The notes beneath the pieces are model-generated. The model searched no databases, was not told where the DNA came from, and saw only the letters and a list, made by a program, of their open reading frames with translations. DNA of 32,000 nucleotides from a bacterium (GTDB taxonomy: Bacteria; UBP7; UBA6624; JBBIMK01), in the NCBI GenBank assembly GCA_037444445.1, contig JBBIMK010000009.1, positions 30,001-62,000 of the forward strand. The letters are read 5' to 3'. Of this stretch, positions 1 through 8,730 are shown piece by piece (the stretch's first letter is position 1; the number at the start of each line of letters is the position of its first letter). A program made the position numbers and the translations under genes.

Positions 1-1284
1 CGGCACGAAGGTCTGTTGAACCTGCAATCGGCCAGATTCCACCCATTCCTCACTCATCCAGAAGCCCGGTGCATAGGCTTCCGCAAGGGGCAGACGAACC
101 TCCTGCCCCGGCTTGAAAATGCGAATGCCATCAGGCAAATAAAAATAAATCGTCTTGAAATCTGAAGGAGGCAAACTGTAAACCCCTCCGCTATTCAGGG
201 AAGAATCTTCCTCTCCGGTGAACTTCCAGAAATACTCCTCTCCATCTCCTTCAAGCCAGACAAAAGAATAGGGGCTGGATACAGTGGATAAGGGGGGTGC
301 AAGAGTTATTTTCCCCGAAGTCCGGGAGTCAAAAATTCGGGTGGACGAAATCCATTCCTTTTCTCCATCTTTTATTCCATACACCGCAACCTGAAAAGGC
401 CGGGGTGCACGGGGAAAGTAACTCAATCCCTCGCCGTCCGAGGTTAACGGTGGAAGTAGAAGAAATCGGGAGGGCTGGATGATTTCCACCCTGTAAGGCT
501 CCCTCCCATACCCCTCCAGTTGCACTTCAATTTCTTCATCAAAAGGCTGGGGAAGGTGAAAAAACTGGAGTAAGGAAGAAACGGGAGAAAAGTAGAACAA
601 TCTCCGGGAAGAATCAAAAATCCTGAAAGAGCGGTGCTCTCCACCCCGCAGGAGTAAAGAAACTGCCCTCTCATCAACGGTATAGACCCCATCCGGAGAA
701 ACGCCCTCAGGAGCCGATGGAATTTCTATCGGAAGTTCATCTATGTCTTGCCCTTTCTGAACCCTGAGGATAGAGCCTGCGGGAACCATATCCAGTGAAA
801 CTTTTCCGCCTCCATCCGTTAGCCCGAATAGAAGTTTTTCCTGCTGGAAGAAGAGAGAAAAGGACACACTTCCCACCGGTTTTCCTGTTCTTCGCTCCAC
901 CACTTCCAGATAGAAATATCGCCCTGTTGGGTGGAGTATCATAGATAGGGAAGTAATCAAAAATGTCCGAACCGCTTCGCAGGCGCCGGATTGGAAAATT
1001 GTGCGATAATATCCTCGTTCCAGGGGCTTCTTCAGCGGTCCCGGGAAGGGCCCGGAATAGAGAGACTCAAATCCTCCCTCATCCTCCAGAAATTCTCCCT
1101 CCCATTTTTCTACTTGAATCGTGAACGGTGGAGGGCAGGGAGGTTCACCCAGGGAAATCGTTTCACCGGGTGAAAAACGCCAGAGAGATGAAGCAGGGGT
1201 GGAAACAGAAGCCACAGAACCTGCCATTAGAACCGCTAACCACCAGAGTGGAATTCGTGAAATTGAAAATGGGAGGGGTGTCAA
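1..1284 (-). CDS. Hypothetical secreted protein, C-terminus cut by the window start (absent from the supplied ORF track)
   Basis: My own translation of the minus strand, in the frame with codon first bases at positions divisible by 3, is stop-free from 1284 down to base 1 (428 codons). It reads (TTG)TPLPFSISRIPLWWLAVLMAGSVASVSTPASSLWRFSPGETISLGEPPCPPPFTIQVEKWEGEFLED...YSLPPSDFKTIYFYLPDGIRIFKPGQEVRLPLAEAYAPGFWMSEEWVESGRLQVQQTFVP. The N-terminus looks like a signal peptide only if TTG 1284..1282 is the start. That TTG overlaps the TGA (1283..1281) of the upstream gene (TTGA). ATG 1227 would cut the hydrophobic segment. No family recognised. Confidence 0.6.
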   Translation of the reverse strand, partial: MTPLPFSISRIPLWWLAVLMAGSVASVSTPASSLWRFSPGETISLGEPPCPPPFTIQVEKWEGEFLEDEGGFESLYSGPFPGPLKKPLERGYYRTIFQSGACEAVRTFLITSLSMILHPTGRYFYLEVVERRTGKPVGSVSFSLFFQQEKLLFGLTDGGGKVSLDMVPAGSILRVQKGQDIDELPIEIPSAPEGVSPDGVYTVDERAVSLLLRGGEHRSFRIFDSSRRLFYFSPVSSLLQFFHLPQPFDEEIEVQLEGYGREPYRVEIIQPSRFLLLPPLTSDGEGLSYFPRAPRPFQVAVYGIKDGEKEWISSTRIFDSRTSGKITLAPPLSTVSSPYSFVWLEGDGEEYFWKFTGEEDSSLNSGGVYSLPPSDFKTIYFYLPDGIRIFKPGQEVRLPLAEAYAPGFWMSEEWVESGRLQVQQTFVP

Positions 1285-2462
1285 ATACTCCCGACCATGG
1301 CATCATCCGGCCGGTCAAACGGATAGACTTCAATTTCCGTCTTTTTCGCTTCCCGCAGAACCTGAAGTTTTAACTTATCATCCGGTCCTAACTGTCGGAT
1401 GTTCAGCGCCAGGTCTCGTGGACTTTTATACAGGATTTCCTCGGTCACCAATTGGCCAGCGGGGGATTGGCGCGTGAACTTGGCGCCCAGGATAATGTCA
1501 CCCACCCGAAGCCCACGCTTGGCCGCAGGTCCTTTGAGATCCACAGTATCCACGATAATTCCTGCATCCTTCTCTATCCATTCTTCAGGCATACCGGCGA
1601 AAATCCGAAGGAGTTTCGTGGTGGGTGAAGCGATGACCCCAAACCAGGGGTGATAGATTTTCCGTCCCGCAATTAAATCAAAAGCATACTGCCGAAGGTC
1701 ATTGGAAGGGAATACAATGTTCAAATTCTGCACTTCCCGCACCAGTTCTGTGGGAATGATAGTGGATTGCTCCACTGCCAGGGCATTGATGCCCAGCACC
1801 TCACCTCGCATATTCGCCAGCGGTCCTCCCAGATTGTATAGGTAAAAGCGAGCATCCGTCTGAATCACCTTCGGAACGAAGTAATCCCAGTTCATGTAGT
1901 AATCCCGAACGGAACTAATGACACCCACGGATGCGGCTACCGTTTCCCCCAGCGGATATCCGAGAGCCAGCACGGTTTCTCCCGCTTGAACTGCGGAGGA
2001 ATCTCCGAAGGTAACAGCGGGGAAAGGACCCGGGCCCAGAATCTGGATGATGGCGAGGTTATTCCAGCGGTCATAATTCGCCAGACGGGCGGGCAGAATC
2101 CGCCCGTCGTGGAGGCGAACCTGCATTTCCTTCGCCCCCTTCACCTGTGTATACAGCGTAACCGCATACCCCTCGGGTGATACGATGAATCCTGAAGTTC
2201 CACCCTGGGCTATCAGACGCTGGAAGGAGCGACGAAACACGGGCGACTGATATAATGTCGTCACCACTTCCACAGACACCACCGCCGGCGCTACCTTCTC
2301 CACTGCTTCCACGAAGGCAAAACTTCCAGGGTCAAACACATAGGTGGGAGTCATTGCAGAGCAAAAAAGCAACAGGCTTACTCCCACCACCCAGAAGATG
2401 GAACTCTTCTTCCCCCGGCTATCCATCTTTTCACCCCTTTCCCGCCATTGGCTCCCAGCCAT
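1281..2462 (-). CDS. HtrA/DegP-family (S1C) homologue with one PDZ domain; all three catalytic-triad positions substituted, so a predicted pseudoprotease
   Basis: 393-aa ORF with an N-terminal anchor or signal (SSIFWVVGVSLLLFCSA). The trypsin-fold blocks align by eye to DegS/DegP: TSGFIVSPEGYAVT, NLAIIQI, VLALGYPLG, IQTDA...GGPL. A C-terminal PDZ is present (GIIVDTVDLKGPAAKRGLRVGDIILG). Triad positions read T (TLYTQV where TN.HV is expected), N (NNLAIIQI where D.AVLKI is expected) and L (YNLGGPL where GNSGGPL is expected). The start is ATG 2462 (GAGG 7 nt upstream) or ATG 2426 (AGGGGTG 5 nt upstream). Confidence 0.85.
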   Translation of the reverse strand: MAGSQWRERGEKMDSRGKKSSIFWVVGVSLLLFCSAMTPTYVFDPGSFAFVEAVEKVAPAVVSVEVVTTLYQSPVFRRSFQRLIAQGGTSGFIVSPEGYAVTLYTQVKGAKEMQVRLHDGRILPARLANYDRWNNLAIIQILGPGPFPAVTFGDSSAVQAGETVLALGYPLGETVAASVGVISSVRDYYMNWDYFVPKVIQTDARFYLYNLGGPLANMRGEVLGINALAVEQSTIIPTELVREVQNLNIVFPSNDLRQYAFDLIAGRKIYHPWFGVIASPTTKLLRIFAGMPEEWIEKDAGIIVDTVDLKGPAAKRGLRVGDIILGAKFTRQSPAGQLVTEEILYKSPRDLALNIRQLGPDDKLKLQVLREAKKTEIEVYPFDRPDDAMVGSI

Positions 2463-2471
2463 TTCTTTGCC

Positions 2472-3674
2472 TCAAACGGTTCCCCCGGCGCCCGCAGGGG
2501 GCTGGGGCTGCTCTTCTATCCGCAAAGTCACCAGTCGGAACACACCGCCCCGCCGAATGAAAAATTCCACCGAGTCCCCCACTGACATACTCCGAATCAT
2601 CTTCCGAAGTTCAAAGGCATCTTTGTATACTTTCCCGTTAACGGAGTAAATCACATCCCCGGCGGCAAGCCCCGCCTGCTCCGCCGGCGAGCCCGGAAAA
2701 ACCCCCTTGATTTTTACCGGATATTTCATTCCCTTGTAAAATTCATCTAATCTCAGAATCTCTTCCTTGATATAACGCTGAATATCCTGCTGTGGATTAA
2801 ACCCCTGCTCTACACCGGGCCAGCCACCGATATAAGTAGGATTCCTCTCCTGAGGGGTCCAGAAGATGAAGAGCCCTGCCCACGGGTAAATCACCCGCCC
2901 GTATTTTAAGATGTCTTCCGCACTCTTCTTCGCATCGTTGATGGGGTAGAAAAGATTTTGTGCCTCCATCGCACTGGAACCCCAGGAGTTAATCCCAATC
3001 TGCTCGCCCCGGGCATTAAAAGTGGCTCCCCCGCTGTTACCGGCATTGATGGTGGCCGTGGATTGAATTATCCAGGTGAGTTCCTTACCATAGTCCGGAT
3101 TATTGAAAACATCCTCCGCACTCATCAGCGGAAATGGATATTCAAAATCCTTCACAATACCCACCGTTACAGTGTTCACCAGCTGGAACTCTTTGAGCCG
3201 GAATCCCGGGTTGAATTGCTCAATCATAAATCCTAAGGAGGCATCGCCGGGAGAGCCAATGGCGAAAACCAGGTCATTTTTCTGAATCTTCTCAGAATCC
3301 GCCAGGTCTACATACGGGAAGACTCTGGGTTCCGGGGTGATGATTTTCACCAGGCCGAAATCCACCTTCACATTAGTGCCCACCACTTTCCCGGGAAGCA
3401 CCTCCCCATTATCCAGAGTAATATCTACGAGTTTAGCGGAGGTGACCACATGCCAGTTGGTGTAGATATAGCCATCCGGCGAGACGATGGAGCCGCTTCC
3501 TCCACCCCCCCCTGCTCCACCGGGGCTCCGATGTAACACCCGAACCATGGCAGGCTTCACTTTCGCCACCACCGGCGTCAGGTCCATCGTCGCTATCCCT
3601 TCCGCTCCCTGCTCCTCCGTTGCTTCCAGCGACAGCACCATAAAAGAAAGCAAAAGGATAGAAAGTTTTTTCAT
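2472..3674 (-). CDS. htrA: HtrA/DegP-family periplasmic serine protease with PDZ domain; catalytic triad intact
   Basis: The triad motifs are present: YIYTNWHVV (His), VDFGLVKI (Asp), NAGNSGGA (Ser). PDZ: GVFPGSPAEQAGLAAGDVIYSVNGK. The ORF-track start at 3695 is a GTG lying inside the SD. ATG 3674 has AGGAGGG 8 nt upstream and gives a clean signal peptide, MKKLSILLLSFMVLSLEA. ATG 3674..3672 overlaps the upstream TGA 3673..3671 (ATGA). Confidence 0.9.
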   Translation of the reverse strand: MKKLSILLLSFMVLSLEATEEQGAEGIATMDLTPVVAKVKPAMVRVLHRSPGGAGGGGGSGSIVSPDGYIYTNWHVVTSAKLVDITLDNGEVLPGKVVGTNVKVDFGLVKIITPEPRVFPYVDLADSEKIQKNDLVFAIGSPGDASLGFMIEQFNPGFRLKEFQLVNTVTVGIVKDFEYPFPLMSAEDVFNNPDYGKELTWIIQSTATINAGNSGGATFNARGEQIGINSWGSSAMEAQNLFYPINDAKKSAEDILKYGRVIYPWAGLFIFWTPQERNPTYIGGWPGVEQGFNPQQDIQRYIKEEILRLDEFYKGMKYPVKIKGVFPGSPAEQAGLAAGDVIYSVNGKVYKDAFELRKMIRSMSVGDSVEFFIRRGGVFRLVTLRIEEQPQPPAGAGGTV

Positions 3675-4711
3675 CTTTTCATCCCTCCTTTCCACTCGGC
3701 GATGGTCACATCTCGCTCAAGGATGCGGCCATCCCGCCAGATTTTCACTGAAAAAGTATCCCCGATATTCAACTGATTCACAGGAATCCAGAAGTCCTGA
3801 GGCAGGGTAAGAGATTTCCCCCCCAGTTCCAGCAGGAAATCGTTGGCACGAATCCCCGCTTTATCGGCTGGACTCCCCTCATCTACGAAAGTAACAAATA
3901 GTCCATAATCATACGGGTATCCGTAGCGGGTTCGCTGGGTGTCATCCACCACCAGCAAAGATACCCCGGTCCAGGGGCGGGCGAATCGCCCCTTCTCCAC
4001 TATCTCCTTCACCACTCTCCGCACCGTATTCACCGGAATGGCAAAGTGCAAGTATAATTCCTTATATTGCTGACGCAGGAAAGTAAGAACCCCCACCACT
4101 TCTCCTCGGAAATTCAAAAGAGGTCCCCCCTGCATTCCGTAGGAAATAGGGGCATCCGTTTGAATAAAGGTAGTCACTCCACCTTCCGCCCAGGGTCCCG
4201 CGGTGGGCAGTGCAGAAAGTATCCCGAAAGAAGGTGTGAACAGCCCATTTGAACTCACACCGACGGCAATCAGAGGCTCACCCACTCTCGGTGATTCGTT
4301 CTCGGGCAGGAAAGGAACCGCGGTCAGTTTCTCCGCCCGGATGCGAACCACTGCCACATCCGTCGGCTCATCCATTCCCAACAGCACCCCCTCATAACTT
4401 TTCCCATCTGAAAGAATCACCTGGATATAACGGGCATACTTCAAGGTTTGAGCCGTCGTGAGTATATATCCCTTTTTGTCATCAAAAATGAATCCAGAGC
4501 CTACTTCCGTAAGGGTTGCGTCACCCAGAATCCCTCGCTTACGCTCTAAAAAACGAACCTTCACCTGCACCAGAGCCGGTAACACTCCGTTGGAAATATC
4601 ATTCATCCGCTGGGCATAAGGATGTATTTCCCGGGGCACGGTGGTGCCGAAAAGGAACACCATACAGACCCCCCCCACCAGTCCAGCCATTTTCAGCCTG
4701 AGTCCTTTCAC
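3671..4711 (-). CDS. HtrA/DegP-family homologue with PDZ domain; catalytic His and Ser both replaced by Gln, so a predicted pseudoprotease
   Basis: 346-aa ORF. GTG start at 4711 lies 6 nt after AGGAGG (4718..4723). TM anchor: MAGLVGGVCMVFLF. GSGFIFDDKKGYILTTAQTL shows Q at the His position. PTDVAVVRI keeps the Asp. ISYGMQGGPL shows Q at the Ser position. PDZ: FVDEGSPADKAGIRANDFLLELGG. Confidence 0.85.
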   Translation of the reverse strand: MKGLRLKMAGLVGGVCMVFLFGTTVPREIHPYAQRMNDISNGVLPALVQVKVRFLERKRGILGDATLTEVGSGFIFDDKKGYILTTAQTLKYARYIQVILSDGKSYEGVLLGMDEPTDVAVVRIRAEKLTAVPFLPENESPRVGEPLIAVGVSSNGLFTPSFGILSALPTAGPWAEGGVTTFIQTDAPISYGMQGGPLLNFRGEVVGVLTFLRQQYKELYLHFAIPVNTVRRVVKEIVEKGRFARPWTGVSLLVVDDTQRTRYGYPYDYGLFVTFVDEGSPADKAGIRANDFLLELGGKSLTLPQDFWIPVNQLNIGDTFSVKIWRDGRILERDVTIAEWKGGMKR

Positions 4712-4724
4712 CGCATTCCTCCTC

Positions 4725-5096
4725 TCATTCCAGTAATCCTGTAACTTCCTGTTTTCCGGAGACCTTCAAATTATTGATCACATCCCTCACCTTCTCCACA
4801 CCTCGGGCAAGGGCCTCTGCTTTTTTCTTCTGCTCCTCCGTTTCCAGCTCCCCATCCAGGATGACCACCCGATTCTTCACCGTAATTTTCACATTTTTCA
4901 ACTGAAGGGCAATATAGGGGTCAGAAGCGAGGCTCTCCAGCACAGTGGTCTGGATGGCCATATCAATGCTTTCCACCGCCATATGCTGGGGCGCCAGAGA
5001 AGTTCTCTCCCGCATCGTCCTCCCCTTCCCCTCACACGCCACTCCCATTCCTATCGCCAGCACCAGCGCCACAAGTACACTCCCTCTCATCGCCAT
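4725..5096 (-). CDS. BON-domain (OsmY-like) lipoprotein
   Basis: 123 aa. Lipobox-like signal VLAIGMGVAC. A single BON pattern is present: DMAIQTTVLESLASDPYIALQLKNVKITVKNRVVILDGELETEEQKKKAEALARGVEKVRDVINNLKV. This matches the D..I...V...L......I.V.V.nG.V.L.G.v.....k..A......V.GV..V.N.L.V consensus. The stop codon lies just beside (1 nt from) the SD of the next gene. Confidence 0.75.
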   Translation of the reverse strand: MAMRGSVLVALVLAIGMGVACEGKGRTMRERTSLAPQHMAVESIDMAIQTTVLESLASDPYIALQLKNVKITVKNRVVILDGELETEEQKKKAEALARGVEKVRDVINNLKVSGKQEVTGLLE

Positions 5097-5101
5097 TGTT
5101 C

Positions 5102-5110
5102 ATTTTACCA
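5102..5110 (-). promoter_or_regulatory. Extended -10-like element (TGgTAAAAT) 5 nt upstream of the BON gene ATG
   Basis: The minus strand reads ...GATGTGGTAAAATGAACA-ATG. No SD lies between the element and the start, and no -35 sits at 17 nt (a TTGACT is 23 nt away). Sequence pattern only. Confidence 0.3.
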
Positions 5111-5156
5111 CATCTTTTCTAAAAACTGCAAGTCAACTGCTCCTTCTCCGACTCCA

Positions 5157-6497
5157 TCAGACGGAAAGCCCCCGCAAAAGGCTTCGGTCAGGGGTAAACG
5201 CCGAGGCCGCCTGGGCTGCATAATTCTGCACCAGGTAATATCCCACCCCTCCCACCACCAGCGCAATGAACACCACAGAAATCAGCAAGGCTCCCACGGC
5301 ATTCCCCCGTCGCATATGCCCGAATTCCGCCAGGGCCACGATGGTCAAATACAGCCCCCACAGAAATAGAATTCCTGCAAGCCCATACAGGACAGCGGAG
5401 CCCGAAAGAAATGCCATGTCCCCCGCATATCCAGAGAGAAAAAAAGGCACAAACAGGAAGGATGACCCCTTCCAGACCCAGGGAAAGGTGGTATATTGTC
5501 GGAGTATCACCAGAGCGAGGAAGAAACTCACGGAGTAGACCAGCCAGAGAGCCAGAACAAGGAAAGGAATGAGGTAAGGCCCATAAGTGAGCATTTGCTC
5601 ATACGGCTGGAGAGCACGGCGCCGAACATCATACAGAAGCGCCTGCCTCATATCCTCATCCTTCGTCATCTGGTTAATGGCTGACACAGATTGTATCTGA
5701 GCCTGAGTCATAACCATCTGGTCAAAGTTTGCCATCAAATTGTCCGCATTTTGAAACATTCTTGCCGAGGTCAGAGAGCCCGTAAGCAGGACGATAAACA
5801 GGGGGTAAAGGAAAGTGGCTCCTCGGGCGGTGTCCCGGAAAACATCCCCGGGTGCTACCACCAGCCGATAAAGGTCCACCCAGAAATCTTTCCACAAAAA
5901 AATCAAAATAATCAACGCCAGAAGAACCATAGAGAAAGCACCCATATTCCGTCCCGTGACCGTCCAGAATGGGGTTGCCCAGACCAAACGGTAGTTCCCG
6001 GTGAATTTCAGCGTCCGAAAAATTTGGTCCACTCCTTTAACATCGGATGAGAACTCTGCCGCCGGCGCCTCATACCGGAAGAGATAATCCTTCAGAACCG
6101 TTGGAATCGCTGCCACATATATCCGCACTGAAGCGCTCTCCTTCCGAGCCTCCAGGATTTTCACATACTGCCCATCCACCCGTAAAAGCCCTGCATCCGA
6201 AACCTTGAACCCCTCCTTTTCCAGTCCTTCCCGGAGAGCCTTCACTTTCCGGTCCGTTGCCTCCACAGGCCGGTCCAGGAGCTCTTCCTCGGTGGTAATG
6301 GTCAAAGTGGCTTTTCCAGAGAATTTCAGCACGAGAGTTCCCTTCTCCTCGGTAACGGAGAGGGAGGAAGGGTGACGAAAAAAAAGCCCCCATTCTGTGT
6401 TGTAATAAGGGGTCGTGCCAAAATTCTGCAATACCGTGCACCCGGACAGCACTCCCACAAAAGATAACAAAATCCAACCTCTCCTCTTCGCCATCAC
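5157..6497 (-). CDS. Polytopic membrane lipoprotein: roughly 170-aa periplasmic N-domain plus a multi-TM C-domain (tentatively Yip1/DUF1282-like)
   Basis: 446 aa. Lipoprotein signal: KRRGWILLSFVGVLSGC. About six hydrophobic helices follow, for example FSMVLLALIILIFLW, FLYPLFIVLLTGSL, YLIPFLVLALWLVYSVSFFLALVIL, VLYGLAGILFLWGLYLTIVAL and VGALLISVVFIALVVGGVGYY. The start is GTG 6497 or ATG 6494, with no SD. The family call is tentative. Confidence 0.6.
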   Translation of the reverse strand: MMAKRRGWILLSFVGVLSGCTVLQNFGTTPYYNTEWGLFFRHPSSLSVTEEKGTLVLKFSGKATLTITTEEELLDRPVEATDRKVKALREGLEKEGFKVSDAGLLRVDGQYVKILEARKESASVRIYVAAIPTVLKDYLFRYEAPAAEFSSDVKGVDQIFRTLKFTGNYRLVWATPFWTVTGRNMGAFSMVLLALIILIFLWKDFWVDLYRLVVAPGDVFRDTARGATFLYPLFIVLLTGSLTSARMFQNADNLMANFDQMVMTQAQIQSVSAINQMTKDEDMRQALLYDVRRRALQPYEQMLTYGPYLIPFLVLALWLVYSVSFFLALVILRQYTTFPWVWKGSSFLFVPFFLSGYAGDMAFLSGSAVLYGLAGILFLWGLYLTIVALAEFGHMRRGNAVGALLISVVFIALVVGGVGYYLVQNYAAQAASAFTPDRSLLRGLSV

Positions 6498-6645
6498 TGA
6501 TGAAAGTGTATGACGAAATCACAAAAAAATCAAGGGATTCCTGATTTCCACCTCAGAGGATGTTACAGGATGCCAGTGTGGAGCCTTTCCCCTCTTGGCG
6601 GGGCGGAGATAGAATCCCCCCTGAATGTATCACCGAGGAATGCGG

Positions 6646-6671
6646 GTGGGCGAGCCGACAGGCTCGCCCAC
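6646..6671 (-). terminator. Perfect 11-bp GC-rich stem-loop 36 nt downstream of the groEL stop (possible terminator, processing or stabilising hairpin; no U-tract)
   Basis: GTGGGCGAGCC-gaca-GGCTCGCCCAC is read directly from the sequence. On the minus strand it is followed by CCGCATTCC, not a T-run. It is flanked by complementary CCGAGG and CCTCGG. Confidence 0.35.
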
Positions 6672-6706
6672 GAAACCTGCCTCACCCCTCGGAAAGACAG
6701 CGGGTT

Positions 6707-8329
<1,623 letters not shown>

Positions 8330-8345
8330 TCATCCCTCCTTTTGC

Positions 8346-8636
8346 TTAATCTTCCACGATGGCGAGAATGTCATCTTCCCGGAGGATTAAGTATTCATCC
8401 CCCTTATACCGAACCTCATTCCCGCCATATTTGGAAAACAGCACCTTCTGCCCTTTCTTCACTTCCATGGAGGCTCTCTGCCCATTCTCCAAAAGCCTTC
8501 CGGGTCCCACCGCAATCACCTCACCGAGGATGGGCTTATCCTTCGCTACATCCGGTAACACGATGCCGCCTTCACTGACGGCTTCCTTCTCCAGACGCTT
8601 CACCACAACCCTGTCTCCTAACGGCTTTAACGCCAT
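8346..8636 (-). CDS. groES: Co-chaperonin GroES (Cpn10)
   Basis: 96 aa: LKPLGDRVVVKRLEKE...GGIVLPD.AK.KP..GEVIAVGPGR...V..GQKVLFSKYGG.EV...GDEYLILREDDILA. AGGAGG lies 6 nt upstream of the ATG. Confidence 0.97.
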   Translation of the reverse strand: MALKPLGDRVVVKRLEKEAVSEGGIVLPDVAKDKPILGEVIAVGPGRLLENGQRASMEVKKGQKVLFSKYGGNEVRYKGDEYLILREDDILAIVED

Positions 8637-8671
8637 TCTCTCTACCTCCTGTTAAAATTTTATTTTCCATT

Positions 8672-8698
8672 TTAGCACTCTCGTGCCTTGACCGCTAA
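8672..8698 (-). promoter_or_regulatory. CIRCE-like inverted repeat (putative HrcA operator) in the groES leader
   Basis: The plus strand reads TTAGCACTC-N9-GACCGCTAA, against the consensus TTAGCACTC-N9-GAGTGCTAA. One arm matches 9/9 and the other 7/9. It starts 3 nt downstream of the -10 hexamer. Confidence 0.75.
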
Positions 8699-8700
8699 TA

Positions 8701-8730
8701 ATTATAGAAGATTCAAAAACCCTGTGTCAA
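8701..8730 (-). promoter_or_regulatory. Sigma70-type promoter of groES-groEL (TTGACA-N18-TATAAT)
   Basis: The minus strand reads TTGACA (8730..8725), an 18-nt spacer, then TATAAT (8706..8701). Both hexamers are perfect. The stop codon of the upstream ORF (8713..8715) lies inside the spacer. Confidence 0.7.

Noticed and set aside
3675-3695. GTG 3695 as the start of the active HtrA (MERRDEK extension)
   Set aside because: These codons spell the AGGAGGG Shine-Dalgarno for ATG 3674, which gives a proper signal peptide and an ATGA overlap with the upstream stop.
6070-6522. 150-aa minus-strand ORF overlapping the 5' part of the Yip1-like gene in another frame
   Set aside because: It is an alternative frame of a gene whose main frame has a clear lipoprotein signal and TM helices. 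The product is Gly/Arg/Ser-rich with no features.
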